The notes: a model not told the origin generated them from the sequence alone. Shown: positions 38,181 to 49,453, counted from the first letter of the stretch. The stretch is DNA of 64,000 nt from Gemmatimonadales bacterium (GCA_039794085.1 JBDIWC010000014.1:16227-80226), one strand, 5' to 3'. Translations and numbers: made by a program.

Positions 38181-39122
38181 CTAGGCAGTGCGATTCCGCG
38201 CGCCGAGGGTGACCGCGAGGGTGACCGCGCGCCGCAGGCTGTCGGCGCGGGCGGTGCCGGTGCCGGCGATGTCCATCGCGGTGCCATGATCGGGGGAGGT
38301 GCGGGGAAAGGGAAGGCCCAGGGTGATGTTCACGCCCCCGCCGAACCCGGCCACCTTGATCGCGGTCATTCCCACGTCATGATAGGGCGCCAGGACGGCG
38401 TCGAACTCCCCCGCCATGGCCCGCACAAACACCGTGTCGGCAGGCAGGGGACCGCTCGCGTGCAGCGCCGCGGCCGCCGGGGTGAGGATCCTCACCTCCT
38501 CGTCTCCAAACAGCCCTCCCTCCCCGGCGTGCGGGTTGAGGGCGCAGAGCGCGAGGCGGGGATCCGCGATGCCGAACCATTCCCGCAGGGCCTGGCGGGT
38601 GACCCGACCGGTGCGCACGATCCGGTCGGTCGTGAGCAGGGCCGGCACATCCCGGAGGGCCACATGGGTGGTCACCAGCACGACGCGCAGGGTGTCGGTG
38701 GCGAGCATCATCGCCACGTCCACTCCCCCGGCCAGGGCGGCGAGCCATTCGGTATGACCCGGGAACGGATAGCCCGCCAGGTGGGTGGCGTATTTTTCGA
38801 TGGGAGCGGTCACGAGGGCATCCACCTCCCCGGCCTGCGCCAGGGCGACCGCCTGCTCAATGGATCGTCCGGCCAGGGTTCCCGCGCGGAGGGCCCGGCG
38901 GCGCGTCTCGGGATCGGCGGGGTCGCCGCGACCCACTCCCCCCCGCCACATGCCGACCCCGATCTTCCGGCCGACAGGGAGGGCGTCGATCAGATCATCG
39001 GGTCCCACGGCGACGATGTCGGCATCGAGCGGAGGACCCTCGGCGAGCACCGCCGCGGTGAGTTCCGGACCGACACCGCGGGGATCACCAAGGGTCACCG
39101 CGAGCCGACACCGGCGGGTCAC
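38181..39122 (-). CDS. pdxA: 4-hydroxythreonine-4-phosphate dehydrogenase
   Basis: GDPRGVGPE, GHTE, LNPHAGE, YHD, RTSPDHGTA. Confidence 0.95.
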   Translation of the reverse strand: MTRRCRLAVTLGDPRGVGPELTAAVLAEGPPLDADIVAVGPDDLIDALPVGRKIGVGMWRGGVGRGDPADPETRRRALRAGTLAGRSIEQAVALAQAGEVDALVTAPIEKYATHLAGYPFPGHTEWLAALAGGVDVAMMLATDTLRVVLVTTHVALRDVPALLTTDRIVRTGRVTRQALREWFGIADPRLALCALNPHAGEGGLFGDEEVRILTPAAAALHASGPLPADTVFVRAMAGEFDAVLAPYHDVGMTAIKVAGFGGGVNITLGLPFPRTSPDHGTAMDIAGTGTARADSLRRAVTLAVTLGARNRTA

Positions 39123-40453
39123 GGGTCCCGGATCTCCACGTAGTTGGCGGACCGGATCCGATCGACGTAGCGTTGCATGGTGAGAATTTCGGTGAGACGG
39201 GATCGGACTTCGTCCCGGGAGTCCTCAAAGCGAAGGTCACCCGCCGGCGCGCGTTCGAGAACGCGCACGAACCCGAACTTGCTCGGCAACCCTCCGGTCC
39301 CCGCCAGCTCGAACACCTCGCTCACCTCGGCCGGTCCCACTCCCTGAATGGCCTGCTGGTAGACCGGGGGCAGCCGGTCCTCCGGCACCACCATCAATTC
39401 CTTCGCCTCGGCCGTGTCGTGATGGCGGCCCTGAAGCGAGTCGAACGAGGCGCCCGCGACGACTGCGCTGTGCAGCTTCTCGGCGAGGCGACGGGCGCTG
39501 TCCACCTCCGCGGGTCCGATCTCCGGCATGATCAGAATGTGGCGGGCCTGCACCTCGGAGGCCTGCACCCGCTGCACCTGAATGATGTGGAACCCGAAAG
39601 CGGTTTCCACGGGATCGCTCACCACACCCGGTTTGATGATGAATGCGAGTCGTTCGAAAGCGGGATCCATGACTCCACGGCGGAACCAGTTCAGATCCCC
39701 CCCGGCATCCTTCGATCCCGGATCCTGGGAGAAGCGCTTGGCGGCGACGGCAAAGTCCGCCCCGGCCCGGATCTCCCGGGCGATCGAATCGGCCTTGGCC
39801 CGGGCCCGCTCCCTCTCCTCCGGCCGGGGTTTGGGGGCCACGATGATCTGCCGGAGGGAAACGGTGGCCGGGCGCCGGGCGGTTCCCTTTCGCGCCTCGA
39901 AGAACTTCCGCATCTCCTCCTCGGTGGGCACCACCGTCTTGAGTTTCTGGCGGCTTCGGAGGCTGGAGGTGAAGGCCTGGGTCAGGAGCTGGTCCCGTTG
40001 CTGATCCCGCATCCAGGCCCGCCATTCCTCCTGAGTTTGAAAGCCCGCCACCTGCAGGTCCCGGCGGAAGGCGTCGTCGCCGGCATACCGGGAGCGCGTG
40101 CTCTTCACCAGTTCATCGACCGCGGCGTCCACCTCCTCCTCGGTGACCCGGATGGTGGTGTCTCGCCGGGCCTCCAGCAGGAGGAGTTCGTTGGTGATGA
40201 GGTCGTCGAGCAGTTCGCGGCGCACGGCCCCGAGCGCCGCGGAATCGGTGGGGAGGCCTCTTCCCTGGGGAAACCGGATGAAAAGCTGTTCGTCGATCTC
40301 CGATGCGAGGATGGCCCGGGTTCCGACCACGGCCACGATCCGGTCCACCACGGTCGAATCCCCCTGGGCCGACAGCGGTTCCCCGTGCCAGAGGAGAACC
40401 GCGGCCACCAGGGCCATCGTCCGCCGAACGACCGATCCCCGGACCTGCCTCAT
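39119..40453 (-). CDS. surA: SurA-like parvulin PPIase
   Basis: VDRIVAVV, SQDPGS..GGDL, VETAFGFHII; upstream of pdxA. Confidence 0.85.
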   Translation of the reverse strand: MRQVRGSVVRRTMALVAAVLLWHGEPLSAQGDSTVVDRIVAVVGTRAILASEIDEQLFIRFPQGRGLPTDSAALGAVRRELLDDLITNELLLLEARRDTTIRVTEEEVDAAVDELVKSTRSRYAGDDAFRRDLQVAGFQTQEEWRAWMRDQQRDQLLTQAFTSSLRSRQKLKTVVPTEEEMRKFFEARKGTARRPATVSLRQIIVAPKPRPEERERARAKADSIAREIRAGADFAVAAKRFSQDPGSKDAGGDLNWFRRGVMDPAFERLAFIIKPGVVSDPVETAFGFHIIQVQRVQASEVQARHILIMPEIGPAEVDSARRLAEKLHSAVVAGASFDSLQGRHHDTAEAKELMVVPEDRLPPVYQQAIQGVGPAEVSEVFELAGTGGLPSKFGFVRVLERAPAGDLRFEDSRDEVRSRLTEILTMQRYVDRIRSANYVEIRDP

Positions 40454-40456
40454 CGT

Positions 40457-41899
40457 CTACTGACCCTGCGGCACCGGCGGGCCACCCGGTGCAGGCTGAA
40501 TCGGTCCGGCGGGCGGCGCGGCGGGCTGGCCCGCTTGCGCGGCCGAGTCGGCTCGGGCCTTGGCAATGGCGAGTTCCACGGCCCGGGCGAGACCGGCGCG
40601 GTTGATCTTGCCCCCCCGGTCCTCGCGCATCACGATTCCGAGCACCCCGGGAAGGGGCTGATACTGCGCCGCCCCGGTGAGGAGGTTGTCGAAGTAGGTC
40701 TCCACCTTCGCGGCCGCCGCCGCCTTGCGATCCGACAACGGGTTGCTGGTGTCCGACACCTCCGGGGCGTTGAGCTGCATCGCGTTGATCATCTGCGTCG
40801 TGCCGGCGTTCATGGCGAGTTGAATCGCGGCCCAGGTTCCCTCGGGAAGCTGCACATTGGCGGAGTCGGCCTGGCGCAGCAACAGCTCCTGCTGGGCGAT
40901 CGCGGTGGCGAACCGGACGAGGTTCGAGTCCGGCTGGATCGACACCTGCTGCAGTTGCCCCGGCTGCAGGGCCGTCATCCATTTGGCGAACTGCCCGACC
41001 GTCAGGTTGCCCGACTTGAGGTCCACCAGGGCCCGGCTCGACTTGAGGGAGCCCTGGAGGTCCATGATGGCCGCCTTGATGCCGGCGGGGGCGTTGTCGC
41101 GCACCTTCAGGTCGTTGGACGACGTGAGAGCGGCGAAGTAGGACGAATCGGCTCGCGCGCCCTCCAGGCCGCTGGCGAACTCGTAGAAACGGCTCCGGAC
41201 TTCCTCCAGTGGCGGGCGGCGGATCAGGTGGAATCCGAAATCGGTCTGGACCACGTCGCTCAAGGCGCCCGGTTCCAGGGCCCAGGCCGCGCTGTCGAAG
41301 GCGGGAACAAAGGCGCCGCGAGGGCTCGGGGGGAGATACCCGCCGTCCTGGCGCGTCGCATCGGGATTCCGCGCTTCGGCCTGGGAGGCAAAGGAGGTTC
41401 CCCTCCGCACCCGGGCCAGAACCTGCTCCGCATCACGCCGGGCGGCCGCGGTATCGGCGGGGGTGGGCCCCGCCGGGGTGATCAGGATGTGCTGGAAGAG
41501 CCGAATGTCCCCCTGGCTCCAGACCGAGTCCACCGCCGACTCGGGCGTGGCGGGGCGACTCGCCAGCATCGCCTCGCGGAGGGCACCGATCCGTTGCTCG
41601 GTGATCTGCGGCCACATGGCCCGGCGAACCAGGCTCGAGTCAACGGGAAAGGTGCCCTTTTCGGCCACGGTCTGGGCGAAGAGGGTGAGATCGACCCAGA
41701 GATTCGACACGAACTCCGCCGTTTCGACGTCGGCCGCCGTTCCGCGGATCGTGGCGAGGATGTCGGCAACCCGGGAGGCGGGGAGTTCCTGCCCCCCGGC
41801 GGTCGCGGCCACATCCGCCCGGGCCGAGAAGAGGTCACCCAGATTGGAACATCCAGCCAGGGAGAGGAGAAGGACGGGAACCAGAACCAGGCGGCGCAT
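40457..41899 (-). CDS. Lipoprotein parvulin-type PPIase
   Basis: LAGC lipobox; HILI, GGYL, VQTDFGFHLI. Confidence 0.85.
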   Translation of the reverse strand: MRRLVLVPVLLLSLAGCSNLGDLFSARADVAATAGGQELPASRVADILATIRGTAADVETAEFVSNLWVDLTLFAQTVAEKGTFPVDSSLVRRAMWPQITEQRIGALREAMLASRPATPESAVDSVWSQGDIRLFQHILITPAGPTPADTAAARRDAEQVLARVRRGTSFASQAEARNPDATRQDGGYLPPSPRGAFVPAFDSAAWALEPGALSDVVQTDFGFHLIRRPPLEEVRSRFYEFASGLEGARADSSYFAALTSSNDLKVRDNAPAGIKAAIMDLQGSLKSSRALVDLKSGNLTVGQFAKWMTALQPGQLQQVSIQPDSNLVRFATAIAQQELLLRQADSANVQLPEGTWAAIQLAMNAGTTQMINAMQLNAPEVSDTSNPLSDRKAAAAAKVETYFDNLLTGAAQYQPLPGVLGIVMREDRGGKINRAGLARAVELAIAKARADSAAQAGQPAAPPAGPIQPAPGGPPVPQGQ

Positions 41900-41935
41900 G
41901 CGTACTCCGGTGAAAGAAGAGAACTGCGTTTCGTG

Positions 41936-44900
41936 TTACCCGGCCCGCGGCGACGCCGATCGGGCGCCTGCCTGCGCGGCGGCGGTCACGGCCCGCACCA
42001 GGGCGGGGATGATGTCCACGCCCCCGAGCCGGATCAATCGAAGCGACAGCGGGACCGTGCGCCGCACCTCGACCGAGAGTTGGACATCGTCGAGAGCCAC
42101 GGTGAGCCCGGCCAGCCGGGGAGCGGTGCCCTCCCGAAAGGTGAGGCGCGCCTCGTCTCCCCGCACCAGCACATGCTGGAGTCCCATGCCGGCGCCGAGC
42201 ACCCGCAGCCGGGTCATGTCGAGGAAGTGCTCCGCCTCGGCGGGGAGCGGTCCGAACCGTTCCCGGATTTCCCGGCCCAACTCTCCAATTTCATCAATTG
42301 TGCCTGCCCGCGCCAGTCGCCGGTAGAGATCCAGCTTTCCCTCGTCGTCCGGAATGTAGTCATCGGGGAGGCGGGCCGGCCGGTCGAAGACCACATCGGG
42401 CGGGGCCGGAGGGGCGGGCGAGGCGTCGCCCTGGCGGCTCCGCAGGGCCCGGACCGTCTCTTCCAACCAGCGGAGATAGAGATCGAACCCGACCGCCTGG
42501 GCATGCCCCGACTGTTCCGCGCCGAGCAGATTTCCCGCGCCGCGGAGTTCCAGATCCTTGAGAGCGATCCGGTAGCCGCTCCCGAGTTCGGTGTTGTGCT
42601 CCAGCACCTTCAGCCGTTCCTCCGCCTCCGGGTCCACGGTGTCGGGGGCGATCAGGTAGCAGTGCGCCCTCCGGTGACTCCGGCCCACCCGGCCCCGGAG
42701 CTGATAGAGCTGGGCGAGTCCGAACCGGTGCGCGTCGTGAACGATCATCGTGTTGGCATTGGGGACATCGAGTCCCGATTCCACGATCATGGTGGAGACG
42801 AGAATGTCGACCGTTCCATTCACGAAGTTCCCCATGACCTCCTCCAGCCGGTCGGTCGGCATCTGTCCATGCGCCACCGCCACCCGGGCCCGGGGAACCA
42901 GGCCTCGCACCCGGGCGGCAATGGTCTCAATCGTTTCGATCCTGTTGTGAACCACGAACACCTGCCCTCCCCGGTCGAGTTCCCGGGTGCAGGCTTCCTC
43001 GATCAGGGCATCGTCCCAGGGCTCGACGAAGGTCAGCACCGGGCTCCGGTCCTGCGGCGCCGTCTCAATCAGGGACAGATCACGGAGCCCCGCGAGGGAC
43101 ATGTGCAGGGTGCGCGGGATCGGCGTGGCCGTGAGCGTGAGCACATGGACCCGGAGACGAAGCTCCTTGAGGCGCTCCTTGTGCCGCACGCCGAACCGGT
43201 GCTCCTCGTCCACCACGAGCAGCCCCAGCTCCTTGAAGATGACGTCGCGGGAGAGGATCCGGTGGGTCCCGATGATGATGTCGGTCTCCCCGGTGGCAAG
43301 GCGGGCCAGGGCGGCCTTCTGTTCCTTCGGGGACCGGAACCGGGAGAGCACCTCCACCCGCACCGGGAAATCGGCCAGCCGTTCGGTGAAGGTCCGGCCA
43401 TGCTGCTCCGCGAGGATCGTGGTCGGCACCAGGATGGCCACCTGCCGTCCGCTCTGGACCGCCTTGAACGCGGCGCGCACCGCGATCTCGGTCTTGCCAT
43501 ACCCCACGTCGCCCACCAGGAGCCGGTCCATCGGATGCGGGCGCTCGAGATCGCGCTTCACCTCGTCGGTGGCCCGGCGCTGGTCCGGGGTGTCCTCGTA
43601 GAGAAAACTCGACTCGAGTTCGCGCTGCCACCGGGTATCGGGGGGACAGGGGTCTCCCGCACTCACCGTGCGACGGGCATAGAGCTCGAGCAGCTCCGCC
43701 GCCATCTCCCGGATCCCGCTCCGGGTCCGGTCCCGCACCTTCTTCCAGGCGGTCCCGCCGAGACGGTGCAGGCGCGGCGGCGGTTCGTCGCCATCGTCCC
43801 CCCCCCCCCCGGCCCGATACCGTTCGATCTGGTCCAGCCCGTACAGAGGAACATTCAGCCGATCCCCTCCCTCGTATTCCAGGACCGCCACGTCAATCGG
43901 TCCTCCGTCCAGGGTGATCGCGTGCAAGCCGCGATAGATCCCGATGCCGTGGTCCAGGTGAACCACGTAATCGCCAATCGACAGCGTTCCCGTGAGGGAG
44001 GTGGGGGCCGCGGTGCGGAAACGCCGGGGACGCCGGAGGCGACGCGCCCGCCGGAAGATCTCGTGGTCGGTGAGTACCCGCAGCGTGGGCAGGACGAACC
44101 CGCCATCCAGCGATCCGACCGTCAGGGTGGCCATGCCCGCCACGGAGGGACCGTCGTGGAGCAGTTCCTCCAGGCGCTCGCACTGCCCCTCGTTGTCACA
44201 CAGGATGAGAGTCGGCTTTCCACTCCCCAGTAGTCCGCGCAGCCGGGCCAGATCGCGATCGACTCTCTCCGGCGGGAAGAATCCGAACTGCCGGTCGACC
44301 TCCTCCTCCCGCACCAGGAGGCGAGGAAAGAGGCCCAGCATCCGCCACCACTGCCCCGGTTCGAGCAGCATGTCCTCCCGGGAGGGAACCGAATCGCCCT
44401 GGCGCCGCGCCACCTCGATGTGGTGCTCCGCCTCGCGCCAGCCGCGGGCCACCTCCTCGAGATCCACTCCCTCGCGCTCCTCCACGACGAGGGCATCGGG
44501 AGGAAGAAGTTCGAGCAGAGATCTCCGGTCCCGCGGTCCATTCTCCCCCTCGCCGGCGTTCAGCACCGCCTCCGCCGACACCGGAAGGATCACCACCTCG
44601 GGGAGCGACTCGCCCGATCGCTGGGTCGTCAGGTCGAACTGCCGAAGGCTGCTGATGTCATCGCCCCACCACTCACACCGGGCGGGGTCCGCCATCCCGA
44701 AGCCGTACACATCCACGATCCCTCCCCGCACGCTGAACTCGGCCACCTCGGTCACCGAGGCTACCCGGCGATACCCCATCCGGTCGAGGTCGGCCACCAT
44801 CGTACGGAGCGGGTATCGTTGGCCCGTCCGAAGAGTCACTCGCAGCGAGGACAGGGCCGACGGGATGAGGGTGCGTTCGGCCGTGGCCCGCGCCGTGGTC

Positions 44901-45256
44901 ACCAGGATGCGGAGATCCCCTCCGAGCAGCGCCGCCACCGTCTCCATCCGCTCCCCGGCGATCTCGTAGTGCGGCTCGTCCTCCCCCAGGGACTCCCGCT
45001 GGGGATAGAGCGCGACCGGGGCCCGGCTCAGCTGGTTCAGGTCCGCAAGCCACCGATCGGCTTCGGCGGGGCCGGGGGCCACGATGACCAGAAGCCGCTC
45101 GGGAAGGGAATCCGCGAGCCATGCGGCCAGGAGAGCGGCGCTCGAGCCGGGGAGCCCCCCCAGCCGGGTGGAGGTCCCCCGGCGCGGCAGGTCCCCCGCC
45201 AGAGCCTGAACGGCGGGGACCCTCCCCAGCGCTTCGAAGACGAGGTCCAGACTCAT
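41936..45256 (-). CDS. mfd: Transcription-repair coupling factor
   Basis: RGGIVD, VVHLDHGIG, GDVGYGKTE, DEEHRFG, QLRGRVGR, DLELRGAGN. Confidence 0.96.
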   Translation of the reverse strand: MSLDLVFEALGRVPAVQALAGDLPRRGTSTRLGGLPGSSAALLAAWLADSLPERLLVIVAPGPAEADRWLADLNQLSRAPVALYPQRESLGEDEPHYEIAGERMETVAALLGGDLRILVTTARATAERTLIPSALSSLRVTLRTGQRYPLRTMVADLDRMGYRRVASVTEVAEFSVRGGIVDVYGFGMADPARCEWWGDDISSLRQFDLTTQRSGESLPEVVILPVSAEAVLNAGEGENGPRDRRSLLELLPPDALVVEEREGVDLEEVARGWREAEHHIEVARRQGDSVPSREDMLLEPGQWWRMLGLFPRLLVREEEVDRQFGFFPPERVDRDLARLRGLLGSGKPTLILCDNEGQCERLEELLHDGPSVAGMATLTVGSLDGGFVLPTLRVLTDHEIFRRARRLRRPRRFRTAAPTSLTGTLSIGDYVVHLDHGIGIYRGLHAITLDGGPIDVAVLEYEGGDRLNVPLYGLDQIERYRAGGGGDDGDEPPPRLHRLGGTAWKKVRDRTRSGIREMAAELLELYARRTVSAGDPCPPDTRWQRELESSFLYEDTPDQRRATDEVKRDLERPHPMDRLLVGDVGYGKTEIAVRAAFKAVQSGRQVAILVPTTILAEQHGRTFTERLADFPVRVEVLSRFRSPKEQKAALARLATGETDIIIGTHRILSRDVIFKELGLLVVDEEHRFGVRHKERLKELRLRVHVLTLTATPIPRTLHMSLAGLRDLSLIETAPQDRSPVLTFVEPWDDALIEEACTRELDRGGQVFVVHNRIETIETIAARVRGLVPRARVAVAHGQMPTDRLEEVMGNFVNGTVDILVSTMIVESGLDVPNANTMIVHDAHRFGLAQLYQLRGRVGRSHRRAHCYLIAPDTVDPEAEERLKVLEHNTELGSGYRIALKDLELRGAGNLLGAEQSGHAQAVGFDLYLRWLEETVRALRSRQGDASPAPPAPPDVVFDRPARLPDDYIPDDEGKLDLYRRLARAGTIDEIGELGREIRERFGPLPAEAEHFLDMTRLRVLGAGMGLQHVLVRGDEARLTFREGTAPRLAGLTVALDDVQLSVEVRRTVPLSLRLIRLGGVDIIPALVRAVTAAAQAGARSASPRAG

Positions 45257-47055
45257 CGGCGGCGGCGGATCCCGCCCGCCAGGAGCATCTCCGCGAGTGC
45301 CAGCACGGCCAGGGCCCAGACCAGGGGTCCCCGAAGATCGGCCCGGGCCGCCGCCGTGAACACCAGACCGGGTGCCTCGCCCAGGGTGGTGATATGCGCG
45401 CCGGGCCACAGGGTGCGAAGTTCCCCGTCGGCAATGCGTTCGAGCCGCGATTCCCGGGGATCGGGCGAGGCCTGGATCACTCCGATCGTGTCAGAGCGTT
45501 CCAGGAGGTAATGAACGCCGGGGCCGGAGATCCGGAACCGACTCCCCCCCTCCACCTCCTGCACCGTCCCCTCGGGGCGCGCCACGGCCGTGGTCCGATC
45601 GGGAAGGGAGACCTGGTCGCCGGGGTGGCCTTCGAGGCGGGCCAGGTCTCCCGCCATGACCCGGGTCAGCAGGCCGTCGAGAAAGGGGAGGAACCCGGCA
45701 TGCACCGGGAGCCCGGACCATTCGGGGTCGAACCGGGATCCGACGAGAATCACATTTCCCTCGCGCACGAGCCACGGCTCCCCACCGGCCTGCGCCAGCA
45801 CCCCGCGAGGGACCACGGCGTCCGGCACCAGGCGGTGACGCCGCTGGACCTGGACCCCGGCCGGTGCCACTCCCCCGCTATCCAGAGCCACGGCATCGCC
45901 CCATCCCTCGCCGAAGCGCCACGAGATTCCGCGACCGGCGAGGGCCCGGTTGAGCGCCCCGATCCGGGCCGGATCCTCCGGGGGGAGCACGACACTCGGG
46001 CCCGGGCCGAGCCGGTCCAGGGCGATCGTCCCCGGTTGGCCGTCGCCCGGGATGATCCGTCCGTTCTCGGCGAGGACCTGGGCCGCCGCGGAGAGGAAGG
46101 GATCCTCCGGCGGCCAGGACACCCGGGGGGGCGGCATGATCCTCACCGCTTCTTCCCGCACATCATCCCCGCGGAGTTCATCGGGCGCCAGTTCCGCCCG
46201 GAGCAGGTGCCAGCCGGGGCGGGCCGTCAGGCGGATGGCCGACGTCATCGGGCCGACCCGGAGCAGCGCATGGGGGGGGCCGTCGCCCAGGCGGAGGGTG
46301 ACGGGGATTCGCCGGGCGGTGTCCGCATCCACCCGGACGGACACCAGACCTCCCTCGGCGGTCCACGGCTGCGGGCTCAGATCGAACCCCGCCACCGCGG
46401 CATTGACGGGCGGAGCGCCTCCGGGGCGACCCACCAGCACCGGATGCGTGAGATCCACGGGACCGATCGCCGACCGCTGCAGGTCGCTCAGCACGACGAT
46501 CTCTCCCGGGAGCGAGGCCGCCCGCAGCAGGGCGTCGGCGGTGGCGACCGCCTCGGCGAGGTCAAGACGATGGTTAGAGGGCGTGAGGCTGTCGAGCTGT
46601 TCGCGGAGCGTGGCCGGCGTCCCCCGCCGGGGCGGTCCTCCCGCCGTCAGGAGGGTCACCGCGTCCCCGGGGGTGGCACGCGCCAGCACGCGACGAGCCG
46701 CCTCGCGAATGCTCCCCCAGACGGCGTCGCCCCCGGACACCGCGCCGCTGCTCAGCGAGTTGTCGGCGATGAGCACCAGCCCGCTCGGGCCATGGGTTCC
46801 GGGACCCCGGCCGGCCGGTCGCGACGGACCCGCGGCCACCAGCACCAGCAGGATGATCAGCAGGGTCCGCAGGGCCAGCAACAGCCAGTGCTGGAGACTG
46901 AGGCGGCGCTGATGCCGCCGGGCCGTCTGGTCGAGATAGCGGACGGCGGGAAACACGACGGTGGGCGGGTCGCGCCGGGCAAAGAGATGCAACAGGATCG
47001 GGATCGCGGCCGCGGCCAGGCCCGCCAGCATCCAGGGAAGGGCAAAGCTGATCAC
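45253..47055 (-). CDS. BatA-domain/vWA-like membrane protein
   Basis: IPILLHL...FPAVRYL...LLLALR; DNSLSS MIDAS-like; DPRES. Confidence 0.85.
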   Translation of the reverse strand: MISFALPWMLAGLAAAAIPILLHLFARRDPPTVVFPAVRYLDQTARRHQRRLSLQHWLLLALRTLLIILLVLVAAGPSRPAGRGPGTHGPSGLVLIADNSLSSGAVSGGDAVWGSIREAARRVLARATPGDAVTLLTAGGPPRRGTPATLREQLDSLTPSNHRLDLAEAVATADALLRAASLPGEIVVLSDLQRSAIGPVDLTHPVLVGRPGGAPPVNAAVAGFDLSPQPWTAEGGLVSVRVDADTARRIPVTLRLGDGPPHALLRVGPMTSAIRLTARPGWHLLRAELAPDELRGDDVREEAVRIMPPPRVSWPPEDPFLSAAAQVLAENGRIIPGDGQPGTIALDRLGPGPSVVLPPEDPARIGALNRALAGRGISWRFGEGWGDAVALDSGGVAPAGVQVQRRHRLVPDAVVPRGVLAQAGGEPWLVREGNVILVGSRFDPEWSGLPVHAGFLPFLDGLLTRVMAGDLARLEGHPGDQVSLPDRTTAVARPEGTVQEVEGGSRFRISGPGVHYLLERSDTIGVIQASPDPRESRLERIADGELRTLWPGAHITTLGEAPGLVFTAAARADLRGPLVWALAVLALAEMLLAGGIRRRR

Positions 47056-47975
47056 GCGAGGCCGGTTGACTGCACCAGGGCCTGCCGAAGCGCCAGACCA
47101 AAGGGTTGGTCGGTCATGACCAGTTCGTGAGCGATCCCGTGACGCCGGCACTCGTGCCGCCATCCCTCCACCACCTGGCCCACGGTCTCGTGGTACCGTC
47201 CCGCCCAGTCGGAGGGACGCAACACGAGGGCCTCCCCGGTTTCCGGATCCTCGAACCGGGTTTCCGAGGCCCCGGCCAGGTCCCGCTCCCCGGGGTCCAT
47301 CACCTGCAACACGAGGACCTGATGGCCGCGGTGCCGCAGAAAGCGGAGGGCCTTGAGGGTCACCTCCCGGTCGAGGAGGAGGTCGGACACGAACACCACC
47401 AGGCCCCGCCGCCGGAGCTGGTCCACCACCCGGCGGAGGGCGGGCTCGGCCGCGGTGTGCTGACCGGGCATGACCTCCCCGAGGGCGGTGACCAGGGTGG
47501 TCCAATGGGGGAGGCGGGCCCGGGGCGGGACGATCCGTCGCACGGTGTCATCGAAGGTGATGAGTCCGGTGGCATCGCGTTGCCGGAGGAGAACGAGCGC
47601 CAGCGCGGCCAGCAGACGCTGGGCGTAGGCGATCTTCGTCAGGCGCTCCGGCGAGCCGGTCCAGGCCATGGAACGGCTGGTGTCGAACACCAGCATCGCC
47701 CGGAGGTTGGTCTCCTCCTCAAACTGCTTGACATAGAGCCGGTCGGTGCGGGCCAGCAGTTTCCAGTCCACGTAGCGGGGCTCGTCTCCCGGCTGATACA
47801 TCCGGTGCTCGGCGAACTCGACCGAGAATCCCCGCCGGGGGGATCGATGAAGACCCGCCAGAAACCCCTCCACGATCCCGGTCGTGGTCACTTCCATCCC
47901 CCCCAGCCGTGCGATTTCCACAGGGTCGAGTAGGTCCAGACGGGTCTGGTGGCGGGAGGGTGCGGCACGCAGCAT
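47052..47975 (-). CDS. DUF58 (MoxR-associated vWA-like) protein
   Basis: GLHRS..RG.SVEFAEHR.Y.PGD, DWK, KQFEEETN, DTSRSM. Confidence 0.92.
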   Translation of the reverse strand: MLRAAPSRHQTRLDLLDPVEIARLGGMEVTTTGIVEGFLAGLHRSPRRGFSVEFAEHRMYQPGDEPRYVDWKLLARTDRLYVKQFEEETNLRAMLVFDTSRSMAWTGSPERLTKIAYAQRLLAALALVLLRQRDATGLITFDDTVRRIVPPRARLPHWTTLVTALGEVMPGQHTAAEPALRRVVDQLRRRGLVVFVSDLLLDREVTLKALRFLRHRGHQVLVLQVMDPGERDLAGASETRFEDPETGEALVLRPSDWAGRYHETVGQVVEGWRHECRRHGIAHELVMTDQPFGLALRQALVQSTGLA

Positions 47976-48110
47976 CGGCGAGCAAACGTAACACGAGGGA
48001 GGAGGGAATAGGGAGTGATCCCTCCCGCCGACGCGATCCCCCCGGCATCTTCCGGGACTCGCTCCGGGGGCGGCGCGCCCCTGGAGACTCACCCTTGCCC
48101 CGGACTCACC

Positions 48111-48479
48111 ATGACCTCGACCCTCTCCGACTTCCGCGCGTTTCGCGACCGGATGAATGCCTCGATCTTTGCCACCGGCAACCTCACCCTCAATCGCTTT
48201 TTTGCGATCGACGGCCGTGCCTACAGTGCCGGGGCCCTCGATGGGCGGACCAAGGAACTGCTTGGCCTCGTGGCGTCCCTCGTGCTGCGATGCGACGACT
48301 GCGTCACCTATCATCTCATGCAATGCCGGGACGAGGGGGTGAGTGACGCGGAGCTGCACGAAGCGATGGCGGTGGGACTGGTCGTGGGCGGCAGCATCGT
48401 GATCCCTCACCTCCGCCGCGCGATGGCCCGGCTCGAGGAACTCGCCGCGGAATCGGACGGGGACGCCGCTACCTCCTGA
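48111..48479 (+). CDS. Carboxymuconolactone decarboxylase/AhpD-family protein
   Basis: TKELLGLVASLVLRCDDCVTYH, VGGSIVIPHLRRA. Confidence 0.9.
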   Translation: MTSTLSDFRAFRDRMNASIFATGNLTLNRFFAIDGRAYSAGALDGRTKELLGLVASLVLRCDDCVTYHLMQCRDEGVSDAELHEAMAVGLVVGGSIVIPHLRRAMARLEELAAESDGDAATS

Positions 48480-49416
48480 GACCTCCGGGGAGCCGCCGGA
48501 ACAGGCTGGTGCCCCGGCTCAGGAGAACACTGACAACCACCAGGCCTCCTCCGGCCACCTGCAGGGGCCGGAGGCTTTCTCCGAGAAGGAGGGCGGCGGC
48601 GGCGGCGGCGAAGACCGGAACCACGCAGCCGTAGAGGGAGGTTCGGTTGGTGCCGAGGACCCGAACCGAATGGTTCCAGAGCAGGTAGGCGACCACGATC
48701 GACACCGCCGAGGCGTAGAGCAGAGCGCCCCAGGCCAGCGGAGGAATGGCCATCCAGTCCATCGTGAGCAGATCGGGGAGGCCGAGCACCAGGAGCCCCG
48801 GCATCCCCGCGGCGGTCGTGAGGGTCGTGACCCGGAGAGGGGTGAGCCCCTCGCCCGCCTGCCGGACGCCCAGGGTGAACAGGGCCCAGCACACCACCGA
48901 CCCCAGGGTCAGGAGGTCACCCGTCGTCCCGGGACCGCCAAAATGAATTCCGCGGTCCCCCGCGAGCACGACCATCAGAACTCCGAGCGTGCCGGCCGCC
49001 AGGGCCCAGCGCGCGGCGGGCGTCGGGCTCTCGATGCCCAGGATCCCTCCGAGAACGGCCACCAGCACGGGGATGAAGGCGATGAGGACGGAGCTGTTGG
49101 TCGCCGTGGTGAGCGAGAGCCCGGTCATGAATCCCATCTGGTACAGCGTGTTGCCCAGCACCCCCAGGCCGAACAACCGGAGGAGTTGCCGGCGCGGCAC
49201 GGGGGACGGCGCCTCCGTGGCCCGGAGCACACCCCAGAGCAGCGCGGTGGCGCCCAGAAACCGGAGTCCCGTGAAGGCAAAGACCGGAAAGGCACTCAGG
49301 GCATACTTGCTGACGCTGAAGTTGATTCCCCAGATGACCGACACGAGCACCATGGCAAGGTCATATCGGAGAACCGACGGGGGGGATGTGATGGGGGACG
49401 TGCGTACTCTCCTCAC
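48469..49416 (-). CDS. DMT/EamA transporter
   Basis: IWGINF, 10 TM, GDLL, LLGE. Confidence 0.9.
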   Translation of the reverse strand: MRRVRTSPITSPPSVLRYDLAMVLVSVIWGINFSVSKYALSAFPVFAFTGLRFLGATALLWGVLRATEAPSPVPRRQLLRLFGLGVLGNTLYQMGFMTGLSLTTATNSSVLIAFIPVLVAVLGGILGIESPTPAARWALAAGTLGVLMVVLAGDRGIHFGGPGTTGDLLTLGSVVCWALFTLGVRQAGEGLTPLRVTTLTTAAGMPGLLVLGLPDLLTMDWMAIPPLAWGALLYASAVSIVVAYLLWNHSVRVLGTNRTSLYGCVVPVFAAAAAALLLGESLRPLQVAGGGLVVVSVLLSRGTSLFRRLPGGLRR

Positions 49417-49453
49417 TTCGGGGCGCCAGAGAATACACGGGCCGCCCCGCGAT

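Noticed and set aside
39173..44233. 1686-aa + strand ORF and other long antisense ORFs (2447-4765, 24654-26972, 57407-59728)
   Set aside because: They shadow well-supported genes on the opposite strand, as expected in high-GC DNA, and show no motifs
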